Shown piece by piece: positions 50,014 through 64,000 of a stretch of DNA of 64,000 bases. Each line of letters starts with the position of its first letter. The first letter of the stretch is position 1. The notes under the pieces were generated by a model. It was not told the DNA's origin, searched no databases, and saw only the letters and a list, made by a program, of their open reading frames with translations. The stretch lies in assembly GCF_009914755.1 (NCBI RefSeq), contig NC_060944.1; one strand, given 5' to 3'. Origin of the DNA: the human T2T-CHM13v2.0 reference genome, Homo sapiens. The position numbers were made by a program, and so were the translations under genes.

Positions 50014-50599
50014 CAATGTCCAGCAATGTAGCCAGGTATTGCTGGCCTTTGGGTCCTACAAAGTCTTAATCTCAGCCTACCAGGACACTGGCAAAACCCC
50101 TAGGCTTTTTTTGGTGGGGGTTGGGGCTGGAGGATGGTGGAAGAGGGGAGGATCCTAAGGAAATGTCTGACCGCTATCTAACTTCTGTCTCCCACATCTA
50201 ATGTTGATTACTTTCATGGCTCAAAACTAATACATAAGATAAGTTCAGAGGATTTGTATTTTTAACTATTGAAATGTCGGGGTAAGGAATTTAATGCTTT
50301 TTTTTTCTATGCTGTCACTACAATGGGAGGAGTGGTCTAAATATGTTGGCTTTACATAAGTTAAATGTTGAACACACAAGTCAATGATTGTTATAACATT
50401 GAGAAAAGATTTATTTTGAATATGCGGAACTAATTGCATTAGCAGAAAAAGACAGAATCTGCTCACATGATATTTCAGAGAATAACATTAAAACAAGGTC
50501 GATTTTTTTTAGTCAAACTGAGCCATTATACTTCTATGATAACCCTCTAATACTTTATTGTGTTTATATGTTTACGAGCATATTTTCCTAACCATCAGG

Positions 50600-50690
50600 T
50601 GCTTCTCTTATGTTCCATTCACCTTTATATCTTTTCCATCTAGCATAGAGGCTACTGTGTCGAATGTGTTTAATAAATAAATGGGTGTCA
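50600..50690 (+). mobile_element. L2 3' end
   Basis: CATTCACCTTTATATC ... CTAGCATAGAGGCT ... TTTAATAAATA. Confidence 0.5.
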
Positions 50691-51447
50691 ACAAAGGAAG
50701 TGATAGGTCAATGGATTGAGCAAACATAATGGGGGCTTTGAAAAAAGTTGGAGAATTTGGCATGATGTGGATGAATTGAAAATATGTGCTAAGTGGAACA
50801 TGCATAAAGGCATAAAGGTTAAGTATGTCAGGGCATGTTAAAATCATTATGTTAGATTGAGTATCAGCACTACATTTCTAAATATTTGCCATAGTTTGAT
50901 TCTAAAATATGTTCAAAAGCTTCCCTTTTTTACCCTGAGGATAGTGTGAGGTTTTTCTCTATCAGTCTACCATCAAGGTTGTAATTAAGTCATTCAGTCT
51001 GTGGCCTATATTTATGATTACAATATGTGATCAAGGATTACAAACACTAGGAAAACTGTATTGTCACACTGTCTAATTATTGTGTTAAGGAATGACAGCA
51101 GACAAACATTTCATCTCTTACTAGAAAGAAGAAATCTGACAGAACCTGGGAGTTCACTTTGATGTTGGATTCGTATATGAAAGTATCAAAGATTGAATTA
51201 TTTTCAAACCGAACATCCAATGTTGGTTTCATCCAAGCAGTCAGTTTTCTGCTCTACCACCACATTTTTCTTTGAAGTAGCATAGCCTAGAGTTTATTAG
51301 GATCTATTTACTGCAGGTAGGACAATGAAATTCAAGAAGGTAAAAGAAAAGTCAGAAGAAAATGCAACAGCGGGTTTATAAGTTGATTTCTGAAATGTGT
51401 AAGGTGCTAACAGACACAGACACTTACTGTGAAAGACCTAGAGGGAC

Positions 51448-51912
51448 CAATGGTACATAAAATGTGGCCCTCAGACCAGTAGCATCAGTGGCCATTGGAA
51501 ATGCAAACTCTCAGGCTTCACTCCAGACCTACTGAATCAGAAATTCTGAGGCTGAGGTTCAGTAATCTATTTTTTCTTTTCTTTTCTTTTTCTTTTTTTT
51601 GAGACTGAGTCTTGCTCTGTCACCCAGGCTGGAGGGCAGTGGCGTGATCTCGGCCCACTGCAACATCCGCCTCCCAGGTTCAAGCAATTCTCCTGCCACC
51701 ATGCTGGGCTAATTTTTGTATTTTTTTTAGTAGAGACGGGGTTTCACCATGCTGGCCAGCCTCGTCTCAAACTCCTGATCTTGTGATCTGCCTGCCTTGG
51801 CCTCCCAAAGTGCTGGGATTACAGGCGTGAGCCACCATGCCCAGCCAGTAATCTATGTTTTAACAGGTCCTTCGGGTTGTACTAATGCCCAGTAAAGTTT
51901 AAGAAACACCAA
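51448..51912 (+). mobile_element. MER5A split by an Alu
   Basis: GACCAGTAGCATCAG, GAAATGCAAACTCTCAGG, CCAGACCTACTGAATCAGAAA, TGTTTTAACA ... AAAGTTTAAGAA. Confidence 0.88.
51571..51846 (-). mobile_element. AluS (Sc/Sg-like) with internal deletion
   Basis: Antisense Alu; CTCCTGCC joined to ACCATG; TSD AGTAATCTAT 51561-51570 / 51847-51856. Confidence 0.95.
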
Positions 51913-52669
51913 CCTAAACAATGCACAAAATGGATCTCATGCATCCTTTTTTCAATTTCCTAATTTTATTGGCTCTAGGTCTGGAATGACTTCTTTTACA
52001 GTTATGCAAGTTATCTGTAAACTCACTTCTCCAAACAATTTGTCATTTACATATATTCTTGATTATGCTGCTCTCTAATTGCTTTATATATGTTAATTGT
52101 GTCTCCCTAAAAGTCTGTAAATGCCGCCACAAGTTAGTGTATCTTATAGAATTATATATTCCTGGCTGCAGAAACAGGAAAGGACAAAGAATAAACTCAA
52201 GTATTTGTTGGTTAATTGGCAATGCTAAGTAGCATCCATAATGGGCTCCATAAATGATTAGAGAAGAAGATAAGCCTATAGTGACAATTATTTTTATCCT
52301 GTATTTCATCAATAGTGACAAAGTCCCCAGTGTATCTTGTTACTCAAGTTACAGTCAGAAAAATGAAAAAGAAATGTACGATGGGAGAAACATCCATAAA
52401 GATTTATTCTCTGGGGCACAGACCATGTATAGCTCATCTGTGCATCTACATTACATGGAACTGAGTCTGGGAGAAAAAGGTGCCCCATGTTCAGGACTTG
52501 GGTATTGAAATCCAGGTGACAAAGAGGAGGCAAATATTGAAGGAAGAGAGAAAGACATACAAAATGATAAAATCAAAGGGTGTGTGATTTTTTTAAAAAA
52601 AACTTAGGTATTGAAGGCTGATAGAAAAAATGATATAACTTTAGTGTTGTTATGAATTTCAATAAGTTG

Positions 52670-52900
52670 ATGTGTGGTGGTTGTTAAAAGACATTAGAGT
52701 CAGCAAATTTGAATTTAAATCAAATCCTAGTGCCTTATCAGGAAGCTGCTAAATCTCTTTGTAACTCAGTTTACTTATTTTAAAAGTGGGAATATTAATA
52801 TTTATCTTATAAGATAATCTTGAAATTTCAATAAAGCAGCTAAAGCTTCTGTCAGAGTGAGTATAGCAGATATCTAATCAATAAAATTTGTTATTTTTTA
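52670..52900 (+). mobile_element. MIR
   Basis: TAGAGTCAGCAAATTTGAATTTAAATC ... CTCAGTTTACTTATTTTAAAAGTGGGAATATTAATA. Confidence 0.7.
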
Positions 52901-52912
52901 CATTTCTTGGTT

Positions 52913-53325
52913 TATATACACACATAAATATATACATATAGGTATATATGTGTGTGTGTATATATATTTATATATATATAGACAGAGAGAGAGAGAGAGA
53001 GAGATTTATTATAAAGTTTGCACAGATGGAAAGTCTAGAAATCCTGGAGAGTTGCAGTTTTGGCTCAAGTCTGAAGGCAGTCTGGCAGTCTGCAGGCCAG
53101 TTTTCTTCTGCCTCCAAAGGATCTCTTTCATTTGCTCATGAGGCCTTCAAATGATTGGGTAAGGCCCACTCATTGCAGAAGGTAGTTTGCCTGATTCAGG
53201 TTCTAATTATTTAAATGTTAATCACATTCAAGGAAATGCTTTCACAGCAACATCTAGATTGGTGTTTGACCAAACACCTGGGCACCATAGCTTAGTCAGG
53301 TTGACATGTAAAATTAACCGTCACA
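52913..53325 (-). mobile_element. MLT2 (C/D-like) LTR with (TG)(TA)(GA) microsatellite
   Basis: GAGATTTATTATAA, AGTCTGAAGGCAGTCTG, end GTTGACATGTAAAATTAACCGTCACA. Confidence 0.88.
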
Positions 53326-53992
53326 TGGGGTGAATTCCTAGACTGCTCCCTGCTATTAGATTATGCCATTAAGATTTCCATACTTGTGTGAACTGATGAC
53401 ATGTCACCCATTTTCCTTGCCATAAAACATATTAGAAAGCAAAGCTTAACTGATGGTATACGAGTTGACAACAGAGAAACAAAACTTGAATCCTAGACAG
53501 ATCTGCTACAATGTGGTAGATCTTTAAGAAGGTCTTAAGTGAAGAAGGTTTGAGAGCATCTGGGTCCTCCATTGTTTTCCCTCCATGCCTCAGTGACTCT
53601 AGAAGCCATGAGTTGAGATGGCAATGCCAAACAATGGTGGGGCTCCCACACTTGTTATCAATGAAGCATGATGGGATGGTGAGAGGTGAGGCTAGTCTGT
53701 ACTCCATTTCCTCCTTTTCCTTCCCCTGGTGTCAGAAACTGCCAGCCAGAAGCTAAGCTTATCCCACCTTCCAACAAGTGAGCATGAATGAGCCTTCCAC
53801 TTCTCCCTTCGCCAGGATCAGCAAGGCCCAGGAGGAAAGTAAAATACCCCAGAACCCCCACTTGTGGTCAGTAAAGAAAGCCTGTGCCTCACTTTTCCTG
53901 GCATGGTTTTGACAAGGCCCAGTGGGAAATAAAGCTCTCAACATGGAAATCCAGGTTTCCTTCAATCTAATTCAATTATTTTCTTTTTTCCC

Positions 53993-54090
53993 CAGTGATT
54001 CTCAAAGGACAATCCTTAGCTGGGCAGCATCACAATCACTTGGGAACCTGTTTAGAAACTCAACTTCCTAGGCTTCACTCCAACCCACAC
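53993..54090 (+). mobile_element. MER5 fragment
   Basis: CAGTGATTCTCAAA ... GCAGCATCACAATCACTTGGGAACCTGTTTAGAAA. Confidence 0.7.
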
Positions 54091-54139
54091 CACCCTCTTG
54101 GTCCTCAGAGTACATTGCAATAGGTGTGCTCTCTGCTTA

Positions 54140-55835
<1,696 letters not shown>

Positions 55836-57831
55836 AAGTAGAATAAAACAACTCTTTAAGGTGTGGGAAGAGTTACATAAGAATATCTATGCTAGTTTAT
55901 CATTAAGTGTTTAGGCCTTTATCTGTTATAGGTGCAGATAATCTTCAAAGAATCACAAAAATATCTTCTTGTTTTATGTTTTAGTAGGAAAGACTAACAT
56001 AAAACTGTTTTTCTCCTAAGACATAACTAATTAACCTCACTGAAAACAATTTTTAAGCAGAAGAAAAAGTTGTGTTCAAATTTAAGGGATGAGTGATTTT
56101 ATTTTCAGGGAAGCTAGATAAGAATTTTCTGTTGAGTGAAGGGGTTTGAAGTCATTGAGCTTCTGTATTACAGTAGAATGGAATAGCAGGAAGGGAAAGA
56201 GAAGCCCAGGATTTGTTTACTTAGGTTGTACTTCTGGATAGTCTTGACTTTAGTGGAAGTGGTTGGGGTAATTCTTTAATGGGAAATATGAAAAGTACAG
56301 GTTGCAAAGATAGAGAGTTCACGAGAATAAAAGAGGGGGAGGAGAAAGGAGAAAGTTCATGAGTTTGGCAAACTGTATGTATCTCAAAAAATTAATGCTG
56401 CACGATAAATAAAATTTGTGGCTGTGTACTTTTACATACATAAATTAGAGGTAAAATCTCTAGAGTTTTAGATTAATACAAGATCCACTTTTTTGTATCT
56501 GTTTGATATTTTTGGAAGAGTCTTAAGATCCTTTTTTAAAAAAATACAGCTATACACAGATGTATTTGTGTATGTGTTGCATATCTATTCGTTTGAGAGA
56601 TTAAGAAAAAGAAAAGCAGAAAGAGAAAAAGAGAGAGAGAGAGACATTATTAGTTTACCTTTCCATTCTTCCATTTTAACCGGAGCTCTAGGAATGTAAG
56701 AATTGAAGGGCAACAGAGGAACTATTTTATGAGCATCCACAAAGAACTTTTAATCATTTTATGAAGTTAGTGATTCCTAATTTCTCCGTAGTAAACCAAG
56801 AGATCAACAGTAATGCTGGAAAATATTTTCCCTAACCTTGAATGCATTTATTAAACCATTGCTTGTGTCAAGTTTCCTTGAGATTTTAAATGGAACTCTG
56901 CCAAGATATGCCACAACGAGCAAAAAGAATGTGCTTCCCTTCAGGACCTGTGTAGTGAATCTGAGAAGAAGTTTCTGTGAGCTCTTGAGAAGAATCATTT
57001 TGTATCAACAGGGGGAAATCCGCAGAGCTTCTGTTTTAAGACATTGTGTTCAATAGTTAAGTATTTCTTTCAAGCCTTACCATGCTGCTCTCATGTAGGC
57101 GTCCCCGTTCTCTTGGAAGGCAGTGTGTTGCACAGACAATATGCAGAAGCCACATCAAAGATGATGGTGATCATGGCCAGGGGCATTTCAGATTATGTGA
57201 ATGAATAAAAGCTGCTTTTCAAAACGCAAGCCTTTTTCCCCATCTGTTGATGTACTGCCACAGATTGTGAATAGCAACACTTTGTTTCCTGTTGCTGAAA
57301 TTGTGAGATTCTGGTTGGGCATAAGAAGTGGGAAGTCAGGATTGTGTGTATGAAAAGAATCACTTGGCACCTTGCTTCTTGACCAGTTCTCTTCAAATTA
57401 GAGACTTCATTTCTGAGAAGTCTCTCACTATTCAGAAGTAATGTCTTGCTTTGGGGTTTGAACCAAGTTCCATAATAATTTAATTTGTCATAAAATCAAG
57501 AAACTTGTTGGAAAAAGTGTGGGTGGTCATCATGAAATGAGGCATAGCAGTGGCCAAATATGACAGCAGAGAAAAGCCTAGGGCCTCATAACTAAATAAA
57601 GGGAGAAAATTGTTCTTAAGGTACAAATGAATCATCTTTAGGCCATGTAAAAACTAAATTCATCCCCTGAATACCTTGAGACTCTCCATAGACAATCTAG
57701 ACCATGGGAACAGAGGATTTCATTGATCCCATTGCTGTTTCAACTTCCTAAAGACCTTTGACATTTCTTGAACCCTTAAGAAAAAGATTTAGTGACGTAG
57801 CAATTAATATTAAGTCAGGCCTTGGCATTTA

Positions 57832-58189
57832 TGCCATGGTTTGAATATGTCCCCCAAACTTCATGTGTTTACAACTAAAAATGTCGTTATAACAATATTA
57901 AGAAGTGGGTCATTTAAGAGGTGATTTGTCCACGAGAGTTCTGCCCTCATGAACGGATTAATTCTCTTATTGCAGGAGTAGGTTAGCTATTGCAGGACTT
58001 TGGCCCTCATTTTGTCTCCCTGTCTCTTGTGTTCACTCTGCCTTCTGACATGAGATGATGCTACCAGATGCCAACACCATGCTCTTGAACTTCCCAGCCT
58101 TCAGAACCGTGAGCCAAACAAACTTCTGTTCTTTGTAAATTATATAGTTTGTGGCATTTTGTTAAAATAGCAGAAAACCAACTAACACA
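57832..58189 (+). mobile_element. MSTC/MSTD-like solo LTR
   Basis: TGCCATGGTTTGAATATGTCCCCCAAA ... CTGCCCTCATGAACGGATTAAT ... CTAACACA. Confidence 0.88.
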
Positions 58190-58239
58190 ATATGGAATGT
58201 CCACCTTCTTTGAGGTAATGACTTTGTCATTCAGTCATA

Positions 58240-58415
58240 GCAATCAATTTTATGATAGTTTTGTCATACTCCCCACTACCATTTTTAGTTTATAAAGAAA
58301 CCAAAACTGGAAAAGTTTGGGTTACCTCCTAATGTAGCTACACTAATATTGTTAAAGTGGAACTTCAATACCCATCTTAGGAGTCCAAAGCCTCATGTTC
58401 CTTTCTCCCATACTG
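58240..58415 (-). mobile_element. MIR fragment
   Basis: TTTATAAAGAAACCAAAACT ... GAGTCCAAAGCCTCATGTTCCTT. Confidence 0.45.
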
Positions 58416-58669
58416 TGAAGCTTCTCTTATTAGGTGCTGAAGCATTTCATTACTAGGCAGACCCTAGTAATGGCTCAACAATGTGGTCACTTCTCAAAAG
58501 ATTAAAAACAAATACGAATAAATTTTATAGAAGTCTTTTTTGACCTTTAAGCTCTATTAAAACCATAACTTTTTAAAAGTTATTTTTAATGGATCTAATG
58601 TCAAAATAATCTGTTATACATTAGGACAAGAAAGTAGGGGAGTGGGCATATTCTGTCATCTCTATAATG

Positions 58670-58880
58670 ATAGTAATAATAATAACAATAATAGTTAAGA
58701 TAATTGAGTATGAACTATATGTCAGTTATGGTCCTAGGCATTTCATATAGATGCCTCACTTTAGTAGCCATATCATTTTTTTGAAATTATTAATCCATTT
58801 TATAGATGAGCAACCAGAAACACAAGGTAAATAACTTACAAATAATTTAAGACACGCCAACTCTCTTAATCACTGTGCAG
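58670..58880 (-). mobile_element. MIR
   Basis: CCATTTTATAGATGAGCAACCAGA ... GGTAAATAACTT. Confidence 0.7.
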
Positions 58881-58899
58881 TTCTGTCTCCTGTCTATTC

Positions 58900-59720
58900 T
58901 TATCATTCTTTCTTTTATCAATTATTGGCTGACTAGGTATCATGTGCCAAGCTCTTGATCCAGAGGCACTGTTCAGTAGAAATATAATGCAAGTTGCATA
59001 TGTCATTTCAAACTTTCTAGTAGTCACATTACAAGTAAAAGAGAAAGAGCAGAAAATAATTTTAACAATTAGTTAACCCAATATGTTCAAACTATCATCA
59101 TTTCAATATATGTGATATTTTACCTCCTTTTTTTCTTACTAAGTCTTTAAAATTTGGTTATATGCTTTATACTTATAACATATCCTAATTCAAGCTAGGC
59201 ACATTTCAAGTGCTCAATTGCTATATGTTTTTAGTGGATATCTTATCAGGCAGCACAGGGCTAGAAACTTGGAATACAGCACTGAGAAACAAAAACATGT
59301 CCTTGCCATTGTGAAATGTAAGTCCAAAATCATACTGAGGGGTCCTGTCTGATGTGCTGTGGGAACAGCTGAGAGGCCAGGATGACTGGAGTAATCTAAG
59401 AAAGGGGTGTACTGAGGTTAGAGAGGAAAAGAGGGTCAGGCAAGGTGGGCCCTTAAGAGTCACTAGAAAAACTGAATTTTACTGAGTGCTATAGGCAATC
59501 TTTGGAGAGTTTTAAATAGAGGAATGACAAAACATGACTTAAATAGGATTTCTCTGGGTGCTATATTGAGATAGGTTGTGGTTGGGGATTAGGGGAGAGG
59601 AGAAGTCAGGAGGCCTGTTAAGGGATAGCTGTAGTGCTCCAAGTGAGGGATGGTAATAGTTTGGAACATGGTGATAACAGTGGAAGTGGTTAGATTTGGT
59701 TGGGTTCTGGATATATTTCA
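58900..59720 (-). mobile_element. L2 split by MER33
   Basis: ATGTGCCAAGC | GGAATACAGCACTGA; GGAGAAGTCAGGAGGCCTGTTAAGGGATAGCTGTAGTGCTCCAAGTGAGGGATGGT. Confidence 0.8.
58965..59258 (+). mobile_element. MER33
   Basis: GCACTGTTCAGTAGAAATATAATGCAAG ... CACATTTCAAGTGCTCAAT ... CAGCACAG. Confidence 0.88.
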
Positions 59721-60859
59721 TTTGATAGTAAAAATAAGGGTATAATGTAAAATAGATTTTTCCATTTTATTGTTAATGAAAAAACCCTCCAAACCTATAA
59801 ATAAGGCTAAGAGAATGGCTTCATTTTCTCATAAGGATTATTTGACCTTTTAAAAGAATGTGCCATTGGTGGATGTTGCTATATTCTAAAATTAAGGCTA
59901 CAGTCTTTGTGAAGTTATACGATAACTTGATCTGTGAGTGGTAGAGACACAAAAGCATTTTATTTAGTAGAAAAGAAACTCTAAAGATTATGGTATGTTA
60001 CCCTGTGGAGCATTAGCCAGCCTTGTACCTAATCTAACAAACTTATTTTAACAATCCTTTATTATATTGCTTATATCTATCCAGATTTGTAAATTCTCTT
60101 TGAACTGATCTTACCATCTTGATGGTTTCTTCATTTTTAAAATGTGTTTGACAGTATCTTGATAAATATTTCTTCTAATTCATATGAGTCATGCTTTAAT
60201 CTTTATTGAAAATTATTTCTTAACACCAGTGACATCAACAATAGAACTCAATGGACTTTTGTATATTGTTCATAACATCAATGATCATTACTTTCATTTT
60301 CTTTCAAACTCAAGGTCTTCATGCTCTTACAGAGGACACCTATTCTCTCTCTTCTTCTCTCCCTCCCAAGGCTCCCACCTCTGAAATTGTTGTGCTTCAG
60401 ATCCTGTCTTCCAGCCCAGTTTCTCCTGACTTCACTTTCTTTTCTTTCTCACTAATCCCCAGGATATATAACCCAGTCTATCTTGCTGCTACCCTCAGAC
60501 TCTCGCATCTTTACCCCTTTCTACCTTTACTGCATGTTTCCTGCAAGGCCTTAATGACCAGGTTTTTCAAATGTTGGCATCCTCTCTTCCAAATCCAAAG
60601 TCACGAGGCCTGTTGGACTAGGGCAGCAGTTTCTATTCTTGTCTTTCTATGTCTGTTCTGGAGCCAACACCCATTACTGCCAAGTACCCCCACCTAATAT
60701 GTGACTCTGTCCATATTTCGCCACTTCTCAAAATGCTTCAACGATCTTTAACATGTCTCAATGTCAAATTTAGATCCTTTGAGGGATAAGCAAGGTTTTT
60801 GTATAATGTAGCTACCACCAAACTCAAGTCTTGCCATTCCATTTATTGGACAAGCTGTC

Positions 60860-61260
60860 ACAACAGCACTAAACTATGTGAAGTTCATGATGCAAGCCTT
60901 CCTTTCTTTAGTTTTCTGACCTTGATTACATTGCTCCCTTTGCCTTGTATGCACACTCAACCTCATACTGGTGTCCCACCACCAATAGTTTCCTGGTAAA
61001 AAGATGTCTTTCAACTTTTGCCTGAAAGGTTATTTATGCCACCCAGGAGGTGTAGGTATCTGTCCCACATGAGCATATGGAATACTGTTCAATTTGTAAA
61101 CCTCTTACAGCAATCATTATGCTGTATTTTATGTAGGCATATATGTACCCCTCCAGACTTTGTGGGGTTGTTTTAATCTCTTTCACATTTAACACCTCAT
61201 TAAAAAATGTCAGGTACGCAGTAAGGAAGCATTGAAAAAATGTGCTAAATTAAGAAACTA
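60860..61260 (+). mobile_element. L2 3' region
   Basis: CTCCCTTTGCCTTGTATGC ... TGTCAGGTACGCAGTAAG..GCATTGAAAAAATG. Confidence 0.55.
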
Positions 61261-61304
61261 GATGGGAATAAAAATGAATGAGCACGGGAAGTACTGAGTG
61301 TACC

Positions 61305-62145
<841 letters not shown>

Positions 62146-62169
62146 CATAAAAACTTTTTTTCACCTATT

Positions 62170-63125
62170 AAATTTTATCTTTTGGACTTAATTCATAAAT
62201 AAAATCTGATAGTCTCATTCTTTTGGTGCTGTTTATAAGAAAAACATTGCTATCAAATATGATATCTAATATATGCACATTCATGTCTACCATCTTAATA
62301 TATGTTTTCATTTTACCCTGCTTTTTTATTTTTAGTCTTTTTCTGCCTTTAAAACAATGTATTGACTTGTACATATTTATCTGCTATTGGCCTGAGAAAT
62401 ACATACTTTATTTGTACTATTTTAGAAGTTATCTTTAAAATTATAACTTATTAAATTGAAAAACTGTGCAAAATTAAGAACTATCTCAACCATCCTCCAA
62501 ATAAATCAAAGCTGTTTATGAATACTTAACTCCCCCGACCTTTCAAGCATTACATGTTATTGTTGCTTAATATTTTAGTTTTGTTTTATATTCCCAGATT
62601 TGCCATCTTTCTTACTACTTTTTACAGTGTTTGCTCTATTCATCTACATTTATTAAATTCTTTGCTTACCATTCTTTCATTTTTTGTTGCTTTTTTTTTA
62701 ATGACAACTTTATTGAGATACAATCACATATCAAAACCCAGCTGTTCAGGAGGTTGAGACAGGGAGGATTGCTTGAGGCCAGGAGTTTGAGACTGACCTC
62801 AAACATAGCAAGACCGTATCTCTTAAAAAAAATAATAAATAAATAAAAATAATAACAATAAAATAATTAGCTGGGCATGGAGATCTGAGTTACTTCGGAG
62901 GCTAAGATGAGAGGATTTCTTGAGTCCAGGAGTTCAAGGCTGCAGTGAGCCAAAAATCACAACACTGCATTTCAGCCTGGGTGACAGAGCATGACTCTGA
63001 ATCTAAAATTAAATAAATAATCACATACCACAAATTTTACTCTTTAAAGTGCATAATTCAGTAACTTTTTAGCATATTCATATATACGTGCAATGATCAC
63101 CACTATTTAATTTTAGAATACTTTT
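62170..63125 (-). mobile_element. Old L1M fragments, including a 3' end split by an Alu
   Basis: AATCTGATAGTCTC..TCTACCATCTT; ACAACTTTATTGAGATACAATCACATA | CTCTTTAAAGTGCATAATTCAGT. Confidence 0.7.
62735..63018 (+). mobile_element. AluJ, 5' truncated
   Basis: GGAGGATTGCTTGAGGCCAGGAGTTTGAGAC ... GGGTGACAGAGC; TSD AATCACATA(T/C)CA. Confidence 0.92.
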
Positions 63126-64000
63126 GGAGAGAAAGTGGAGCAAGATGACCAAACAGAAGACTCCACTGATTATCCTCCCCAAAGGAACACCAAATTGAAC
63201 AACTAACCACACAAGAAAAAGGACCTTCATGAGAACCAAAAATTAGGTGAGTGATCACAGTACCTGATGTTAACTTCATATTACTGAAAGAAGCACTACA
63301 GCGGGTAGGAAACACAGTCTTGAATTGCTGACATCACCCCACCCCATCCCCTCGCAGAGGCCACATGGCATGGGGAGAGCATCTATGTGCTTGGGGAAGG
63401 GAGCACAAAGGGATTGTGGGCTTTGCATTAGAACTCAGTGCTGCCCTGTCACAGTAGAAAGCAACACTAGGCAGAACTCAGCCAGCGCCCATGAAGGAAA
63501 CATTTAGACAAGCTCTACCCAGAGGGTAATCATCTATCCCAGTAATCAGAATCTAAATTCTGGTAAGCCCACCCCCTGCAGGCTAAAGTGCTCTGGGGTC
63601 CTAAACAAAATTGAAACGCAGGCTAGGCCACAAGATCTACAATTCCTGGGCAAGTGCTGGTGCTTTACTGGGCTTGGAATCAGTGGACTTGGGGGGCAGG
63701 TGATCCAGTGAAATTCCACCCAGTGTGACCAAAAGAGTGCTTGTGCCACCCCTCCCCCAACCTCAGGTGGTACAGCTCAGTTCTGGGAGAAACTCCTTCC
63801 TTCTGCCTGAGGAGAGGAGAGGAGAGGGGAGATTAAAGAGGGCTTTGTCTTGCAACTTGGATACTAGTTCAGCCACAAAAGGATCAGGCATCAGGCAGAT
63901 TCCTGAGCCCCCATTTCAGGCCCTAGCTGCTGATGACATTTCTAGACACACCCTGAGTCAGGAAAGAACCCACTACTTTGAAGGGAAAAACCCAGTTCTA
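63126..64000 (+). mobile_element. L1 5' UTR (L1MA/L1M1-like), continues beyond the window
   Basis: GGAGCAAGATGACCAAACAGAAGACTCCACTGAT..CCTCCCC..AGGAACACCAAATTGAACAACTA start motif and GC-richer UTR body. Confidence 0.85.

Overview
AT-rich primate (human-like) non-coding DNA, intergenic or deep intronic. I found no credible protein-coding gene, RNA gene, CpG island or CRISPR array. The ORFs I could place are translations of Alu, MaLR or L1 sequence or of microsatellites; the rest are short, resemble no protein I recognise and fit chance frames. The window is a layered transposon landscape: about 16 Alus or Alu fragments, two full-length LTR-int-LTR MaLR proviruses in opposite orientation (THE1C-like at 12030-14677 +, THE1B-like at 25324-27491 - with a perfect GGCAC TSD), solo LTRs (MER68, MLT1/MLT2/MST, LTR16/33-like), old and young L1 pieces, L2, MIR, and hAT MITEs (MER33 x2, MER63A x3, MER5A). 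Four signals stand out. (1) A perfect 32-bp direct repeat 427 bp apart (46772 and 47199) brackets a segment ending in AATAAA plus an A-tract. (2) A dense DR3, AP-1, RUNX and CCAAT motif cluster lies at about 5000-5590. (3) An Alu tail has become a five-unit palindromic AT-rich array (44052-44232) inside an inverted Alu pair. (4) There are several perfect short hairpins. I see no evidence of a new coding system. Repeat subfamily names come from remembered consensus sequences and need RepeatMasker/Dfam confirmation.
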